Source: Octopus sinensis (taxonomy: Eukaryota). Taken from it: a stretch of 64,000 bases of DNA. The notes under the pieces are model-generated. The model ran no database searches, was not told the origin of the DNA, and saw nothing but the letters and a program-made list of their open reading frames with translations. Where the stretch lies: NCBI RefSeq assembly GCF_006345805.1, contig NC_043006.1, positions 23,250,001 to 23,314,000 of the forward strand, read 5' to 3'. Every line of letters begins with the position of its first letter. The stretch's first letter is position 1. Shown one piece after another: positions 1 through 12,432 of this stretch. The position numbers and the translations under genes were made by a program.

Positions 1-377
1 CGCTGGTGACATGATACGAACTACTGACACCCTAGTCGATAGTCCGACAATGCATCGATTGGGTCAGCTGCTAAAACTAGGATGTTTCTTGTGAATAAAT
101 CTCAGTCAAAATCTAAACAAATTCAATTCTCCATTTGATCTGACGTTACTGTAAAAGATAAACAAATCAGTTATTTGTCGTCTGATTGATGTGTCATGTC
201 TGTAGGGTTAGAAGATATTAGCGAAGGAAGTGGCAAGTCTTTCAAGTTACAACGGTCAGGAAACGAAGAGAACGGAATTTTGGAGCTGCTGGAAAACATG
301 ACTTCAATGTTTTATATTGGATATCCTTTGTGTTGTAAAACCTAATGTAAACTATGAGTGAGTTCATATGTCGGTGG

Positions 378-398
378 TTATAATAATGATGATGATGA

Positions 399-480
<82 letters not shown>

Positions 481-523
481 GATGATGATGAGGATGATGA
501 TATGGTGATGGTGATGGTGAGGG

Positions 524-554
<31 letters not shown>

Positions 555-560
555 AATGAT
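378..560. repeat. Compound trinucleotide microsatellite (AAT/GAT/ACT)n
   Basis: Pure runs of gat, act and aat; source of the low-complexity ORFs at 358-600. Confidence 0.95.
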
Positions 561-830
561 TTCTTTTATTTGCCACGGGTGCATCAAATGAGGTGGACAC
601 TAGAAGGAAAGATTACAATTTGGGTGTGGGATTTGCATAAAAGTTGAGGTGAAAGAAAGGGAGAAATGGGAAAATGATGTAAAAAAATGTACATACAATG
701 CAAAATAAGTGAACACACGAAGGAGGCAACCTTCATGATACAGAACCTCCATATAGAGTCAAGCAAGGAACCCCACGGATTCAAGTTCACCCTGACCACC
801 AATGGGCCCAACTATTGTGCTCCAGTCTAT

Positions 831-1035
831 AGGCACAAGGCTAGAAGTTTTGAGCAGAAGAACTAGTCGATACCATCGACTCCAGTACATGACTGGTACG
901 TCATTTCATCAATCTCGAAAGGATGAAACGCAAAATTGATCTCGACAGGATTTGAACTTAAAATATAATGAGCCGAAACAAACACCATAAGGTATTTTTT
1001 CGCGATGCGCTACCGATTCTACCGATCCATCATCA
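831..1035 (-). mobile_element. Decayed tRNA-derived SINE, A2 group
   Basis: Reverse complement matches the clearer copy at 51106-51311 (agttcaaat B-box, tttcatcctttcg domain, ccttgtgcc tail). Confidence 0.75.
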
Positions 1036-1059
1036 TATAATAATAAAACTGTGGTTCCC

Positions 1060-1250
1060 GATTTAGTTAGAAGTCAAGCGATTTTGAGAAGATGAGGTTA
1101 GTGAGTACCATCGACCCTGTACATGACTGGTATTTATCTTATCGGCTCCAAAAAGATGAAAAACAAAGTTGACCTCGGCAGGTTTTGAACTCAGAATAGT
1201 AAATATCCGGGTGAATTACTGCAAGGCATTTTTTCGACGCTGTACCAATT
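1060..1250 (-). mobile_element. Second decayed SINE A2 copy, adjacent to the first
   Basis: Same motif order (aaagttgacctcggcagg-ttttgaactcagaa). Confidence 0.7.
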
Positions 1251-1352
1251 TTATAATGCTCTTATGTTATATTATTTAAGAATAACCGTTTCTTATATTT
1301 ATGGCGGTGCCCCAGCATAGCCCAACCTCTTGTTGAACAAGTAAAAGTAAAT

Positions 1353-1541
1353 GCAGACGTGGCTGTATGCTTCAGACGCTTGTTTCCCAACCATTTGCTC
1401 TTGGGTTCTGTCCCACAGGGTGGCACTTTGGGCAACTGTCATCTACTATAGTCCCGGGCTGACCAAAGCCTTGAATGAATTTGGTGGAAAGTAACTGAAA
1501 AAAAGATTGTCGTATAATATGCGTGAGTGCCCGTGTGTGCG

Positions 1542-1575
<34 letters not shown>

Positions 1576-1838
1576 CGTGTGTGTACGTGCGTGTGTGTAT
1601 GTGTGTGTGTGTGTGCGCGTGTGTGTATGTGCGTGTGTGTGTGTGTGTGTGCCATTGTCTTTGCCTCCTCCCCCATCACTGGACAACCGGTATTGGTTTC
1701 TTTAAATCCTGTAACTTAGCGGTTCAGTAAATAGCGTCTGATGGAATAAGCACCGAGCTTTAAAATTTATTCGACTAAAATCGTCAAAGCAGTGCCCCAG
1801 CATGGCCGCAGTCTAAAGACGGAAACAAATGAAAGATG
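1353..1838 (+). mobile_element. Old SINE B with internal (TG)n
   Basis: gcagacgtggctgt head, tttgggcaactgtc-tctactatag body, gccccagcatggccgcagtc tail; diverged from the young copy at 12202. Confidence 0.85.
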
Positions 1839-2424
1839 ATTATCAAGAAATAGATTATGAAAATTCGAGGCATTTATGCCTTTATCGGGGACACTAAATA
1901 GGGTGAAAAAAAAAAAGCTGCTTCACCTGGGGAATCGAAACCGGTTGGTCGGTTCAACTACTCGAAATGTGGCCTTTGTAACACACACGTTGCCTATTAG
2001 TCCGTTGTATTAATGTGAACTTATGTGGATCAGTGCATTGAAATAGGCCAGCGCCCTCTCCCAGTTTGATCGTTCTGATGTTCTCCAACTGTTCTATCTT
2101 CGTGACTAAACTCATTTATGGCTCACGTACGCAATCGCAACTGATCTTACTTTAATGTATACACGGAGCTTATTCCTTGTTGGAACGGATCACAGGAAAC
2201 AGGAGCAACAACGTTAACACTAAGAGTGTCAAAGAAAAAAACAGCCTTAGAATTATCTGCCAACTTTTTTTCACTGTTCAACCACTGCCTTACCCTCTCA
2301 GCCAAAACAGAAATACCCAACCTCACCTCTGTCACTAATATACGCACTGAAACACACGCGCGCGAGCATATGTTATACGCATACACACCAAAACGTAAAA
2401 AAAACATTCTGCCATTCTTAAAAG

Positions 2425-2810
2425 CCACCATCACCGACACCATCATCATCATCATCATCATCATTACCATTAATACCACCATCACCACTACCATCATCAA
2501 CAACATCACCGTTACGATCATTAGCACTACCTTCATCGCCTCCATCAACACCCCTTCCATGACAACCTTCACCATCACCATCATCACCCCCAGCACCACT
2601 ACCACAGTTATCGCCTCTTCGGTCATCATCACCATCATCACCACTTACATCCCACCCACCACCACCACCACCACCACCGTCCTCTAAAACCATCATCATC
2701 ACCCACACCATCGCCCACCCATCGCCACCACTACTACCATCATCTACTTTATTTCCACCTTCAATTTTTCCCACACAGCCATCTGACATAAGCGCCACCA
2801 TCTCAGATAT
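2425..2810. repeat. Degenerate (ATC/ACC)n trinucleotide tract
   Basis: cat/cac runs; yields poly-I/T/M ORF artefacts. Confidence 0.9.
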
Positions 2811-2849
2811 CACGTTCACAGCTAATTAGTATATATTCTATATTGAGGG

Positions 2850-2850
2850 T

Positions 2851-2881
<31 letters not shown>

Positions 2882-3132
2882 TGTATATATAATATATATA
2901 TGTGTGTGCATGTGCGTATATATATATATATATTATATATATATATTATATATATATATCTATATATATATATTATATATATATATATATATAGATATGT
3001 ACTATATAAAATATATATATATAATATGATATATGTATATGTATATATGTATATATGTATATATGTAATATATATAGTATATATATATATATGTTATATG
3101 ATATATATATAAATATTATATTATATATGTAT

Positions 3133-3207
<75 letters not shown>

Positions 3208-3225
3208 TACACACACACACACACA
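2850..3225. repeat. (GA)n-(TA)n-(CA)n compound microsatellite
   Basis: Directly visible. Confidence 0.95.
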
Positions 3226-3411
3226 TCAATAATTCACCTCCAGCTTCTCATATAAAATATACAAACACTCAACAAACAGACACACGAACACAAACAACAT
3301 ACGTACTTCCTGAAAAGCTCGGTTCAGCTCAAATTGGTGAGCAAATATTTAAATGTTTATTATCAAATATACACACGTTTAAATATTAACACCTCTATAA
3401 TAGCATATGTG

Positions 3412-3738
3412 AAGGTGCAAGGCTCAGTGGTTAAAATATTGGGATGACAATCGTGAGGTAGTGAGTTCGATTTACAGAATGGGCTGTTGTGTTCTTGAGT
3501 AAAACACTTTATTTTACGTTGCTCCAGTTCACTCAGCTGTAGAAATGAGTTGCTTCACCACGAGTGCTAAGCTGTATCGGCCTTTACCTTTTCCTTGGAT
3601 CGCATCGGTGAAGAGGGGAGGCTGGTATGCACGGGTGACCGTTGGCCTTCCATAAACAACCTTGCTCGGATTTGTGCCTTGGAAGGAAACTTCCTAGGTG
3701 CAATATCATGGTCACCCATGACCGAAGGAAGTCTTTAT
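3412..3738 (+). mobile_element. tRNA-derived SINE D
   Basis: A-box ggctcagtggtt, B-box gagttcgattt, ttcttgagtaaaacactt...ctccagttcactcagctgtagaaatgagt central domain, catgaccgaagg end; same family as 8198 and 61531. Confidence 0.9.
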
Positions 3739-3764
3739 CCTTTTTATAATAGCATATATATACA

Positions 3765-4038
3765 AGCTCCACAAGGCTCCGGCAGGGGATGTTGGTGATC
3801 CCTGCTGTACTCTTTCACCACAACTTTCTCTCACTCTTACTTCCTGTTTCTGTTCTACCTGTATTTCAAGGGGCCGGCCTTGTCACTCTCTGTGTCACGC
3901 TGAATATCCCCGAGAACTACGTTAAGGGTACACGTGTCTGTGGAGTGCTCAGCCACTTACACGTTAATTTCACGAGCAGGCTGTTCCGTTGATCGGATCA
4001 ACCGGAACCCTCGTCGTCGTAACCGACGGAGTGCTTCC
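3765..4038 (+). mobile_element. 5'-truncated SINE C
   Basis: Nearly identical to the 3' two-thirds of the full copy at 38592-38979. Confidence 0.92.
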
Positions 4039-4429
4039 ATATATACAAGGATGCACACATACATGTTTGTATGTATCTGTAGTGTGTGCATCTACATGCG
4101 TCCGCATTTTTATACCTCTACTTATGCATGTGTTTGTTGTATGCATGATAAATCCCGTATTTTATACATAAGTCTACATGGTAACAATAGATCTGGGGTA
4201 AATCACATGTATAAATAAAGAGGGGAAGGAACCTTCGTCTATCCCCAAATACATCAACCAGTAGTTCTCCTCATTCGTTGCTGCTCCTCCCTCCCATTGT
4301 AGCATTGTCCTCCCATGCTAAACCCAACCTTAGACGGAACTGAAGTGGCGCTTTCTTCAATTTTCTCCGAACCTATACCGCTCTTACACAGATAATTTCA
4401 GCCACAAACGTTAAAAATCTCTATATTAT

Positions 4430-4640
4430 CATTTTTTATAGCAATGGATCTCTAAGCCTCAACTTTTTCTCAGGATCGTCACACTACGCCTGAGCTGAAT
4501 CCCCTAATTCTTCTCAGCGTCGTCAAATTCGTCTTCATCTCTAACTACTTCCCTTTCTCAGGAATTTCTACATGGGTGTGTCATGGTACCCAAGGCTATT
4601 GAAACAGGTACTGGCACCACACGACTACAGCCCAGAGATC
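4430..4640 (-). mobile_element. Highly decayed 3' end of an R4-like RLE LINE
   Basis: Minus frame reads VVPVPVSIALGTM...SVTILRK, matching the VPIVIGALG...GTA.ILRKVL C-terminus seen in the copies at 22355 and 23694. Confidence 0.55.
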
Positions 4641-4709
4641 TTTAATCAATTCACCCACCCTGTCCCAGAGTTACATGGTCGCTACAGCAATAACTGTAAT
4701 CAGGGATTA

Positions 4710-4835
4710 AAGTGGAGAGAACTCACGACGATCAGGTTGTAAGTTCAATTCTCCGATCAGGCAACATGCTATATCCTTGAGCAAGGTACTTCATTTACAT
4801 TGCTCCAGTTTGCTCAGCAATAAATAAGTACGAGT
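4710..4835 (+). mobile_element. Degenerate SINE D-like head and central domain
   Basis: aagttcaattc B-box-like motif, then ccttgagcaaggtacttcatttacattgctccag. Confidence 0.55.
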
Positions 4836-4858
4836 AGTCCATGGGGAATAACCCTATA

Positions 4859-5410
4859 CCGAACGCGAATTTTTTTCCCACGAGAGTTCCAGACCGCAGT
4901 AATGAATTCATTTGCATACAGCCAATCAGAGTTCACCTTGACCATGTCAAGTTAACAAACACACTCTACCAAGTAAACTCAAGACGAAGAATGGTGTTGT
5001 GAGTCGACCGATCGCCAAGTTATGCCTGATTTTAGAAGAGGACAATTAAATTTGCAACTATACCTATTATCGGATTTTGTTAGGGCCCTATAAAGATGGT
5101 AAAGATGTGGATGGGAAAAATGTGAGTAGAGGGTAATGTCCTAGCAAACCTCTCCCCTTATTGTTTTACAAAGTAAACAACAACACAAATAACTACGCAG
5201 AGGCTGCCATGGTTCAAACAAGAACAAGAACAACAAGCATTATTAAAAGAGAGAAGCAAGGTCGTTCCTTACCCAAGTGACCTTATCTTATCACCTATCA
5301 CTTGTTATGCGCTCATAAATTAGTTTCATCGTTGAGCTCTGATTGGCTGTATGCAAATGAGTTCATAACTGGGGACCAGAACTCTCGTGGGAAAAAAAAT
5401 CGCATATCGG
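4859..5410. mobile_element. MITE-like element with ~80-bp terminal inverted repeats
   Basis: 4859-4937 is the reverse complement of 5331-5410 with scattered mismatches; no clear TSD. Confidence 0.75.
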
Positions 5411-6228
5411 ACAGGCGTCAAGTTCAGAACAGGTAGAGTAGTCTTTCACTTTCAACAGCTTGAAAGTTTCTCGCCTCGCGTTTATAGACTCAAGGCAAAG
5501 AAAGAAGATATGCATTCACTAGAGACATTTCCGTTTCTAGCAAGATGTCTTTTGTCATTTCAATCCCACACCATATCAGACATGATGGCTACCTCTACAC
5601 GGGAGCCAGACTAAGAAAGTGATTTTAATATCGAGGAAAGCCTTTACCTCTACGAGAATTGTAAGTTGTGTGTGAATATTGGTGCAGGAGATGAGGTTGT
5701 GTGTTTAAGAAGTTCATTTTGCAATTACATATTTCCGAGTTTTATTCCACTATGTGGTAGGTGTCTTTTGCCATAGGCTTCGGTTGACCAAAATCTATAT
5801 GTGACATAGAAGTAAACTGCGTGGCTGTATGAAAAGAAAAACGCTGCGTCAAACAAAAACACCCTTGACAGTTCAAAACACACTTGACAGTTTAACCAAG
5901 CCATCTATGTTTACGTCCAAAAAAGAGGACTTGTTTCTGGTTTCTCACGAGATAAATAAAATATCTGCCAGAGAAAACTATTTGAGTTCAATATAATGAA
6001 CTAAAAGAGGTAGTGCCCCAACATGCCATTATCCAAAGACTGACATCGATAAAAGAATAAAAAGTATACGGTGGGATATGAGAAAAAAACAAATGTTTTG
6101 GACTGATTCTGACTCCAAACTAATTTACAGGCAATTTTAAATACTGTCTGCAGATACAAAAGACGACGACATGTTAATCCTACGATTAAAAACACTGCGA
6201 ACTGAAACAGCAAAGGCGATAAATAGAA

Positions 6229-6420
6229 TAGGTATTTTGTCTGCCGCTACGTTCTGAGTTCAAATTCCGCCGAGGTCGACTTTGCCTTTCATCCTTTCGG
6301 GGTCGATAAATTAAGTACCAGTTACTCACTGGGGTCGATGTTATAGACTTAATACCCATGTCTGTCCTTGTTTGTCCCCTCTATGTTTAGCCCCTTGTGG
6401 GTAATAAAGAAATAGGTATT
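6229..6420 (+). mobile_element. SINE A, 5'-truncated
   Basis: ctgagttcaaattccgccgaggtcgactttgcctttcatcctttcggggtcgata...gccccttgtggg, as in the full copy at 13669; aataggtatt at both ends. Confidence 0.92.
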
Positions 6421-6510
6421 ACACCACCAAGTCTCTTCTACAAAACATCCAGTATACACAGTAATTCCCGGAGTAAAAGCACTTTCTATGGAAATATCAA
6501 AATATATCTG

Positions 6511-6573
<63 letters not shown>

Positions 6574-7439
6574 GATCACACATACATATACAGACCTAGG
6601 TTTGTTTTTTTTTTGTTTCTTTTTTCACATAGTGAAATATATTCAAAAGTCGGATACTTTCATATAAAGGCAGAGAAAAAAGAACAACTATTATTGGCCG
6701 TGGCAGGTTGCCCGATGGTTCATCAAGCAATATAATACAGCAGAAGCTTCACCGGAAAGTACCGAAATGACAGATAAGACACGGACGTGATTTACTTCAT
6801 TGACATTGTTGAAGTTTTCGGCGTTTATAAATTGTTATTAAAGGGGTATCAAGTATAAGATTAAAGTGAAATGGAATCAACTCTCATACAATGAACGGAG
6901 ATTTTGTATAATGGGTGTAGTTTTATTGGTGGTTAAGATCTTCTTTAAACGAGTTAAACCATTAAGAGAGGAGTGGGTACTAAATATAACAAAATAAATT
7001 CGTTTCCAATGGTCTGTAAAATTTCTACATTTTTTTTCATTTATCCATTATCTTTTAGAATCGTAGGACGTGTAATTAAATCAATGAACCAAGACGGAGC
7101 TTAGATAATTTAGTCGTCCCAAAAAGAAATCGCCAAGTTCATGTTACTACTTAAACAATTACTAGTAATAGTTTCTTAATCAGACCAGGAGCCGTTTCCA
7201 TGATTGTTTAAAGAAGGTATTTGGAATAAATGAGATTTTTTTGCCTTCTGAAAAAATTTTCCTAAAGAAATCATATTTAAATTCACGAAATACATTTGGA
7301 AAAAACCTTACCAACCCACTAAGCTTGTACAGCAGAGACTTGCAACTATGAGATTATGTGATGTTCATGCCTTTGTCGAGGATAGATTGAAAATATGCGG
7401 AAGTGGGCGTAGAAAATCAAATCCTACTCCAAAAGGAAT

Positions 7440-7780
7440 TGAGTATATGTCATTGACAAGGCCTAGGAAGGTCGAATTGCGGTTAACGTTCACTGCATTC
7501 ACTGTTACATACACGCACATATGCGACGGATTTCTGCACAGTTTCACTGTGCAGCTAACAGCTTTACTTCTTAATCACGTGGTTTCAGGTTCTTTCTCAC
7601 TCTGTTGCACTAAGTGCAAGAGTGTTTCTGTAGTCGCCTCGAATTGAGTAATTACTTCTAAGTGACATTAGAGAGAAGCTGTGCAGAAACCCGTCGCATA
7701 TGTGCGTGTATGTAACAGTGAATGCAGTGAACGTTAACCGCAATTCGACCTTCCTAGGCCTTGTCATTGACATATACTCA
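7440..7780. mobile_element. Fold-back MITE with ~105-bp near-perfect TIRs
   Basis: 7438-7543 is the reverse complement of 7677-7782 with about 3 mismatches; possible 2-bp AT TSD. Confidence 0.85.
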
Positions 7781-8000
7781 ATCATCACAAACCTTGACAA
7801 AATTTGTCCCTTCCAATAGGGAAACTGAACCTCACATTCACTAATAAAGTAAACAGTCTAGTGAACAAAACAACATTGCTTACATGTATGTGACAAGCCA
7901 GTATAGGTTACTGACACGGTCCAAGACGGCCAAAATGCATCTGGCGTTCTCCTGAGCCACCGTGGAGACGATGTTCACCTCGCTCCGATATATCTTGTGC

Positions 8001-8037
<37 letters not shown>

Positions 8038-8197
8038 ATACATACATACATACATATGAATGTATGTATGTATATATATGTATATATATATATGTGTATA
8101 TATGTATATATATACATATATATATACATATATATGAATGTCTGTATGTGTATATATATGTATGTGTGCGAGTATGAGTGTGTGTGTGTGTATGTGT

Positions 8198-8507
8198 GTG
8201 CATGGCTCAGTGGTTAGAGCGTCGGGCTTGCAATCATGAGATAGTGAGTTCGATTCTCGGAACGGGCTGTTTGTTGTGTTCACGTTGCTCCAGTTCATTC
8301 ACCTGTAGAAATGAGTTGCGACGTCAGTAATGCCAGGCAGTCAGCCTTTGCCTTTGCTTGGGACAACACCGGTGGCGTGGAAAGGGAAGACTGCTGTGGA
8401 TGAGCGACTGCTGGTCTTCCATAAACAACTTTGCCTAGACGTGTGTCTCAGAGTGGGGGCACCTTCTAGGTGCAATCTCATGGTCATTCATGACCGAAGA
8501 CTGTCTT
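8198..8507 (+). mobile_element. SINE D
   Basis: gcatggctcagtggttagagcg head, gagttcgattc B-box, catgaccgaag end. Confidence 0.9.
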
Positions 8508-8629
8508 TACTCTCTCTCTATCGCTCTCTCTCTCCCTCCCCTCTCTCTCTCTCTCTCTTTTTTTACTCACACACATGTATATATATATATATATATATAC
8601 TCACACATACATATGTGTGTATATATATA

Positions 8630-9040
8630 TATAGAAGAAATGAGGTACTCAGAAATTCGGATGGTTTTATATTTACAGATATTTATTTGTATATTACATG
8701 TTTTTATATATCATATAACTTAGATCATATATTAGCGTTTTCTCCTATTCTAGTGGGGATTTCAAATCGAACTCCAAACCTTCTAATATACATACATACA
8801 TATATGAATATATATATATATATATATAAGTGCAAACAAGGGAGTCAGAGAAAGGCAGAATGCTACTTATATCTGAACACTACTACAGAAATACTCTTTT
8901 AAAAAACTTTTCTTCTAATTTTTCTAAATTTAATTATTTAATCGTTACAGTTGAAAAGGTCTCAAAATGACCGAAACCGGTACTGAAAGATTCACTATAA
9001 AATCATCTTAGCATTTTCTATTTTTGACTTGTTTTTTTCA
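8630..9040. mobile_element. Penelope-like remnant: inverted pLTR piece plus sense pLTR with hammerhead, flanked by (TA)n
   Basis: The reverse complement of 8630-8680 resembles 8995-9040 (tataaaa.catc...ttct); hammerhead motif at 8945. Confidence 0.5.
8945..8988 (+). ncRNA. Minimal type-I hammerhead ribozyme motif, U3:A8 core variant
   Basis: ttaCAG-TTGAAAA-GGTC(tcaaaat)GACC-GAA-ACCGGT-A-CTGaaa: stems I and II pair, stem III is palindromic, cleavage triplet GUA. Confidence 0.7.
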
Positions 9041-9114
<74 letters not shown>

Positions 9115-9143
9115 TATATATGTATATATGTATATATGTATAT

Positions 9144-9238
<95 letters not shown>

Positions 9239-9247
9239 TATATATAT

Positions 9248-9278
<31 letters not shown>

Positions 9279-9290
9279 ATATATATATGT
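9040..9290. repeat. Long (TA)n tract
   Basis: Directly visible. Confidence 0.95.
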
Positions 9291-9884
9291 TGTGTGTGTA
9301 TATACATATTATGCGTGTGCGTATGCACATATGTATGTGTACACACACTCGCACGCGCCGGCACATACATACATAAATACAGCGTACTATTCCGTTACTG
9401 GTAGAATCAACAAAACCAATGAACGTGTACAATTTTGCAGGATAGTACACGCTAAAGAAGTTTGTTTGATTACTGTACTGTCCAACTATAAAACTTATTG
9501 CAGCTAACTTTTAAATCCTGTGTTAAATTAAATGATATAAATATATATGCACTCATATAAGTTATTATAATGTATTTATAATTTACAGTTAATTAATGAA
9601 AATTAAAATATTAAATTCAAATTTTGAAGAGGTATTTTTTAAACTGCTGAATTTTAACCTCGATAATACTTCGCAATTTTAATATTTTCCTTTTAATTAA
9701 AACTGAATTCATATTAAAAATATAAATTATGAACGTTTCTTTTAGAAACAGCCCAACCCAAACTGAAATAGGTTACACTTACATATGTTGACCGGAGTTC
9801 CTAACATTATCACTAACAAATGAAAACTTTTAAAAGCTCTATTTTGAAAGTTCTCATAAATAGCGAGAATAATTACTTGTAGAC

Positions 9885-10435
9885 CAGGGCTCGGTGAACC
9901 GGGGTAAATTACCCCGAGTGGGGCAACAGTGAAATTCTTGGGGGTAAGGAGGACTTATTTGACATAAGTAAAATTATATATATAAAAAAAAACGCATTCC
10001 TTGTTACGACAAAAAAATTTCTTCTAGCACGAGGAGCCAGTCAAAATGTTGCTGCCTTTTTCAACAACCTAACTTTGCAAACAAGGAGTTTCCATTCTAA
10101 TGAACATATAAAAACAAATCAGAGTAATCGATTGGACCCCGAAGACTATACAAATTGCTCTAGCATCAAAATACCCCAAATGCATTATTTCTCCAAAACT
10201 TGGAGTGAAAAAGTTTCCAGAAAAATCCTTTTGTTTTATAAAGAGAATATTAATTTATTTTATCGCATTTGTTTTATACTCTTTATATTTATAAAGGTAT
10301 TCTCCATATAAATAGATTCAACAAACATTTTGAATTCAAAGAATCACTGACTTTCTTCCTTTCAAATCAAGGGGGTAATGTTAACGTAAATAAATAAATT
10401 TGGGGTAATAGGTTAAGAATGTTCTCTGATCCCTG
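9885..10435 (+). mobile_element. Internally deleted hAT (Charlie/Buster-like) transposon
   Basis: TIRs cagggctcggtgaac / rc cagggatcagagaac; 8-bp TSD ttgtagac/ttctagac; 10040-10170 translates VKMLLPFSTT*LCKQGVSILMNI-KTNQSNRLD, the hAT C-terminal dimerisation motif. Confidence 0.88.
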
Positions 10436-11759
10436 TTCTAGACTTTAAATACCATACAAACACGCAGATTCCACTTCCACAGTTCATCCTATAATTGATC
10501 TTACCATATATATTATGTACTGAATACAGTCCATTCATCCCAAACGATTATACATTTTTTTTTTATCGATCATCACACTCCGTCCATTACACTAAAATCT
10601 TTAGTCTTTAACCTTTAATATCTCGAGCCAGTGTATACATCTGCTGTGTAAACACCTGCTTGCATCTACAGTTTGAAAAGCCTTACTTTGCGAAACATTG
10701 AAGTTAGTTTCAAGTTAAATATTTTATTGTATTTTACATATTGAGTTATTTACTCAATGCTTTTCGTTTTAAATATAAATAAAAAAATATCAATATTAAT
10801 AGACTCTCTTAAGAAACAACCTTTTGAGAAATAAAAACTGAGATCCAAACATTACAGCAGATTCACTTCCCTAAGTGAAACTTTCTGTTTATCATACTTA
10901 ACGTATATACACAGTTGATGGGTATGATGCTGTGGTTTTAGTCTGAGAGAAAATGTCTTAAAGCATGCTGTGTTGTCAACGATGTATGTTTAGTATGATA
11001 GATGCTTATTTTAATTTAACGCTGTTTCAATTGCGTACATAGAGCTTTTATCAAACCTGACGGCTTTCAGCACTATCAGTTAATGTATCATTCACTGTTT
11101 CCTATATATGGGAGGGGAGAGATTTTGTCTAGGCACGTAACTAGAAAGTACATGCCATTGAATGTCTGAAGAAAGCCGAAGCGCAAATGATGTTCTCTTG
11201 AGTTCCGATATGTATTGTGTTTGTAACACGTGTCTCATATGAAAACATTTTCTGTTAGACAAAAACCTTCAGCCTTATTTATGCTTGTCAACGGTGTATA
11301 CATGTTAAGTGTGATGCATAAATGGCTAATTTGATTTTAAAACGGTAAAATGTTCTCCTAACAATTTATTATAAGACGTCTTATTCCTCTCAATCACAGC
11401 TTTAGAAGAAATATCAACTGATTTCAGAACAGGGTCAAACAGCTGAAAACCAGCAGCAATATTTATTATCGATTCAGATTAAAAACATAACTACAAGAGG
11501 TCAATTAACGAGCCTAGCAATCGAGTCTTCTCTAATTCAATCTCAAATATTTATGAACAAAAACCAAGTAATGACGTCTTACACGATGTCAATACTATTG
11601 ATAAAACTAAAGGTCACTGACTAGAGCTGAAGCAATGTTAGCACAAGAACCATATTTCATACTTAAAGATCATATCTGACTCTTATCGACCATTTTTCAT
11701 CCAAATTTATGACTCATACAAAAACAGATATAAGTATTAATAGAAAAAAAACTGATGGT

Positions 11760-11960
11760 TCTACGAGGTCGGAGTGCAAATCCTACCGAAACCTCTTTTA
11801 GTCGTCTTTCACGGACGCAGAAGAAACGTTTGATCTATTCTGGTCCCTAAATCAACGGGAATTGAAGTGCTTTGCTCAAGAACACAATACGCCCCTGTTC
11901 CGTGAACTGAACCCACTATCTGGCGATTGTGCGTGCAATGCCCTAAGCCACATGCCTTCA
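11760..11960 (-). mobile_element. Decayed SINE D-related element
   Basis: Reverse complement gives gtgaaggcatgtggcttagg head and tgttcttgagcaaagcactt domain. Confidence 0.6.
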
Positions 11961-12201
11961 CAATTACAGTTGAAGAGTGATTAATGCTCATAACATTAAA
12001 TATGTTACCGTGGCAACTCTTTACAAAATACCCAATGAAAACAATATATTCACAATTTATCTAATTACCACAATAATATTACTAACTTGTTAGCTAAAAC
12101 TGTATCCTCGATTCTCCACTTCATCTTCAAATCAACAATACATTCACCTGTTATATAATAAAGCACTTCTCAGCATCTTTTACACAAAAAGTGGAATATA
12201 A

Positions 12202-12366
12202 GGCGCAGGAGTGGCTGTGTGGTAAGTAGCTTGTTTACCAACCACATGGTTCTGGGTTCAGTCCCACTGCGTGGCACCTTGGGCAAGTGTCTTCTACTGT
12301 AGCCTCTGGCCGACCAAAGCCTTGTGAGTGGATTTGGTAGACGGAAACTGAAAGAAGCCCGTCGTA

Positions 12367-12432
<66 letters not shown>

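Noticed and set aside
206-345. Exon candidate LEDISEGSGKSFKLQRSGNEENGILELLENM after tgtag
   Set aside because: Weak polypyrimidine tract, no good donor, no recognisable homology.
1905-1990. Pol III gene (tRNA or vault-like) on minus: GGTTTCGATTCC followed by a T run
   Set aside because: The T-stem does not pair, and there is no A-box or cloverleaf and no convincing terminal stem. More likely a SINE-head relic or chance.
7059-7830. Pseudogene frame (IVGRVIKSM...KYIWKKPYQPTKLVQQRL...) interrupted by the fold-back
   Set aside because: The first half has many stops, near random expectation for AT-rich DNA; no motif recognised.
7900-7995. VSTVAQENARCILAVL resembling a CRE/NeSL-type C-terminus
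   Set aside because: Too short, with no adjacent supporting motif.
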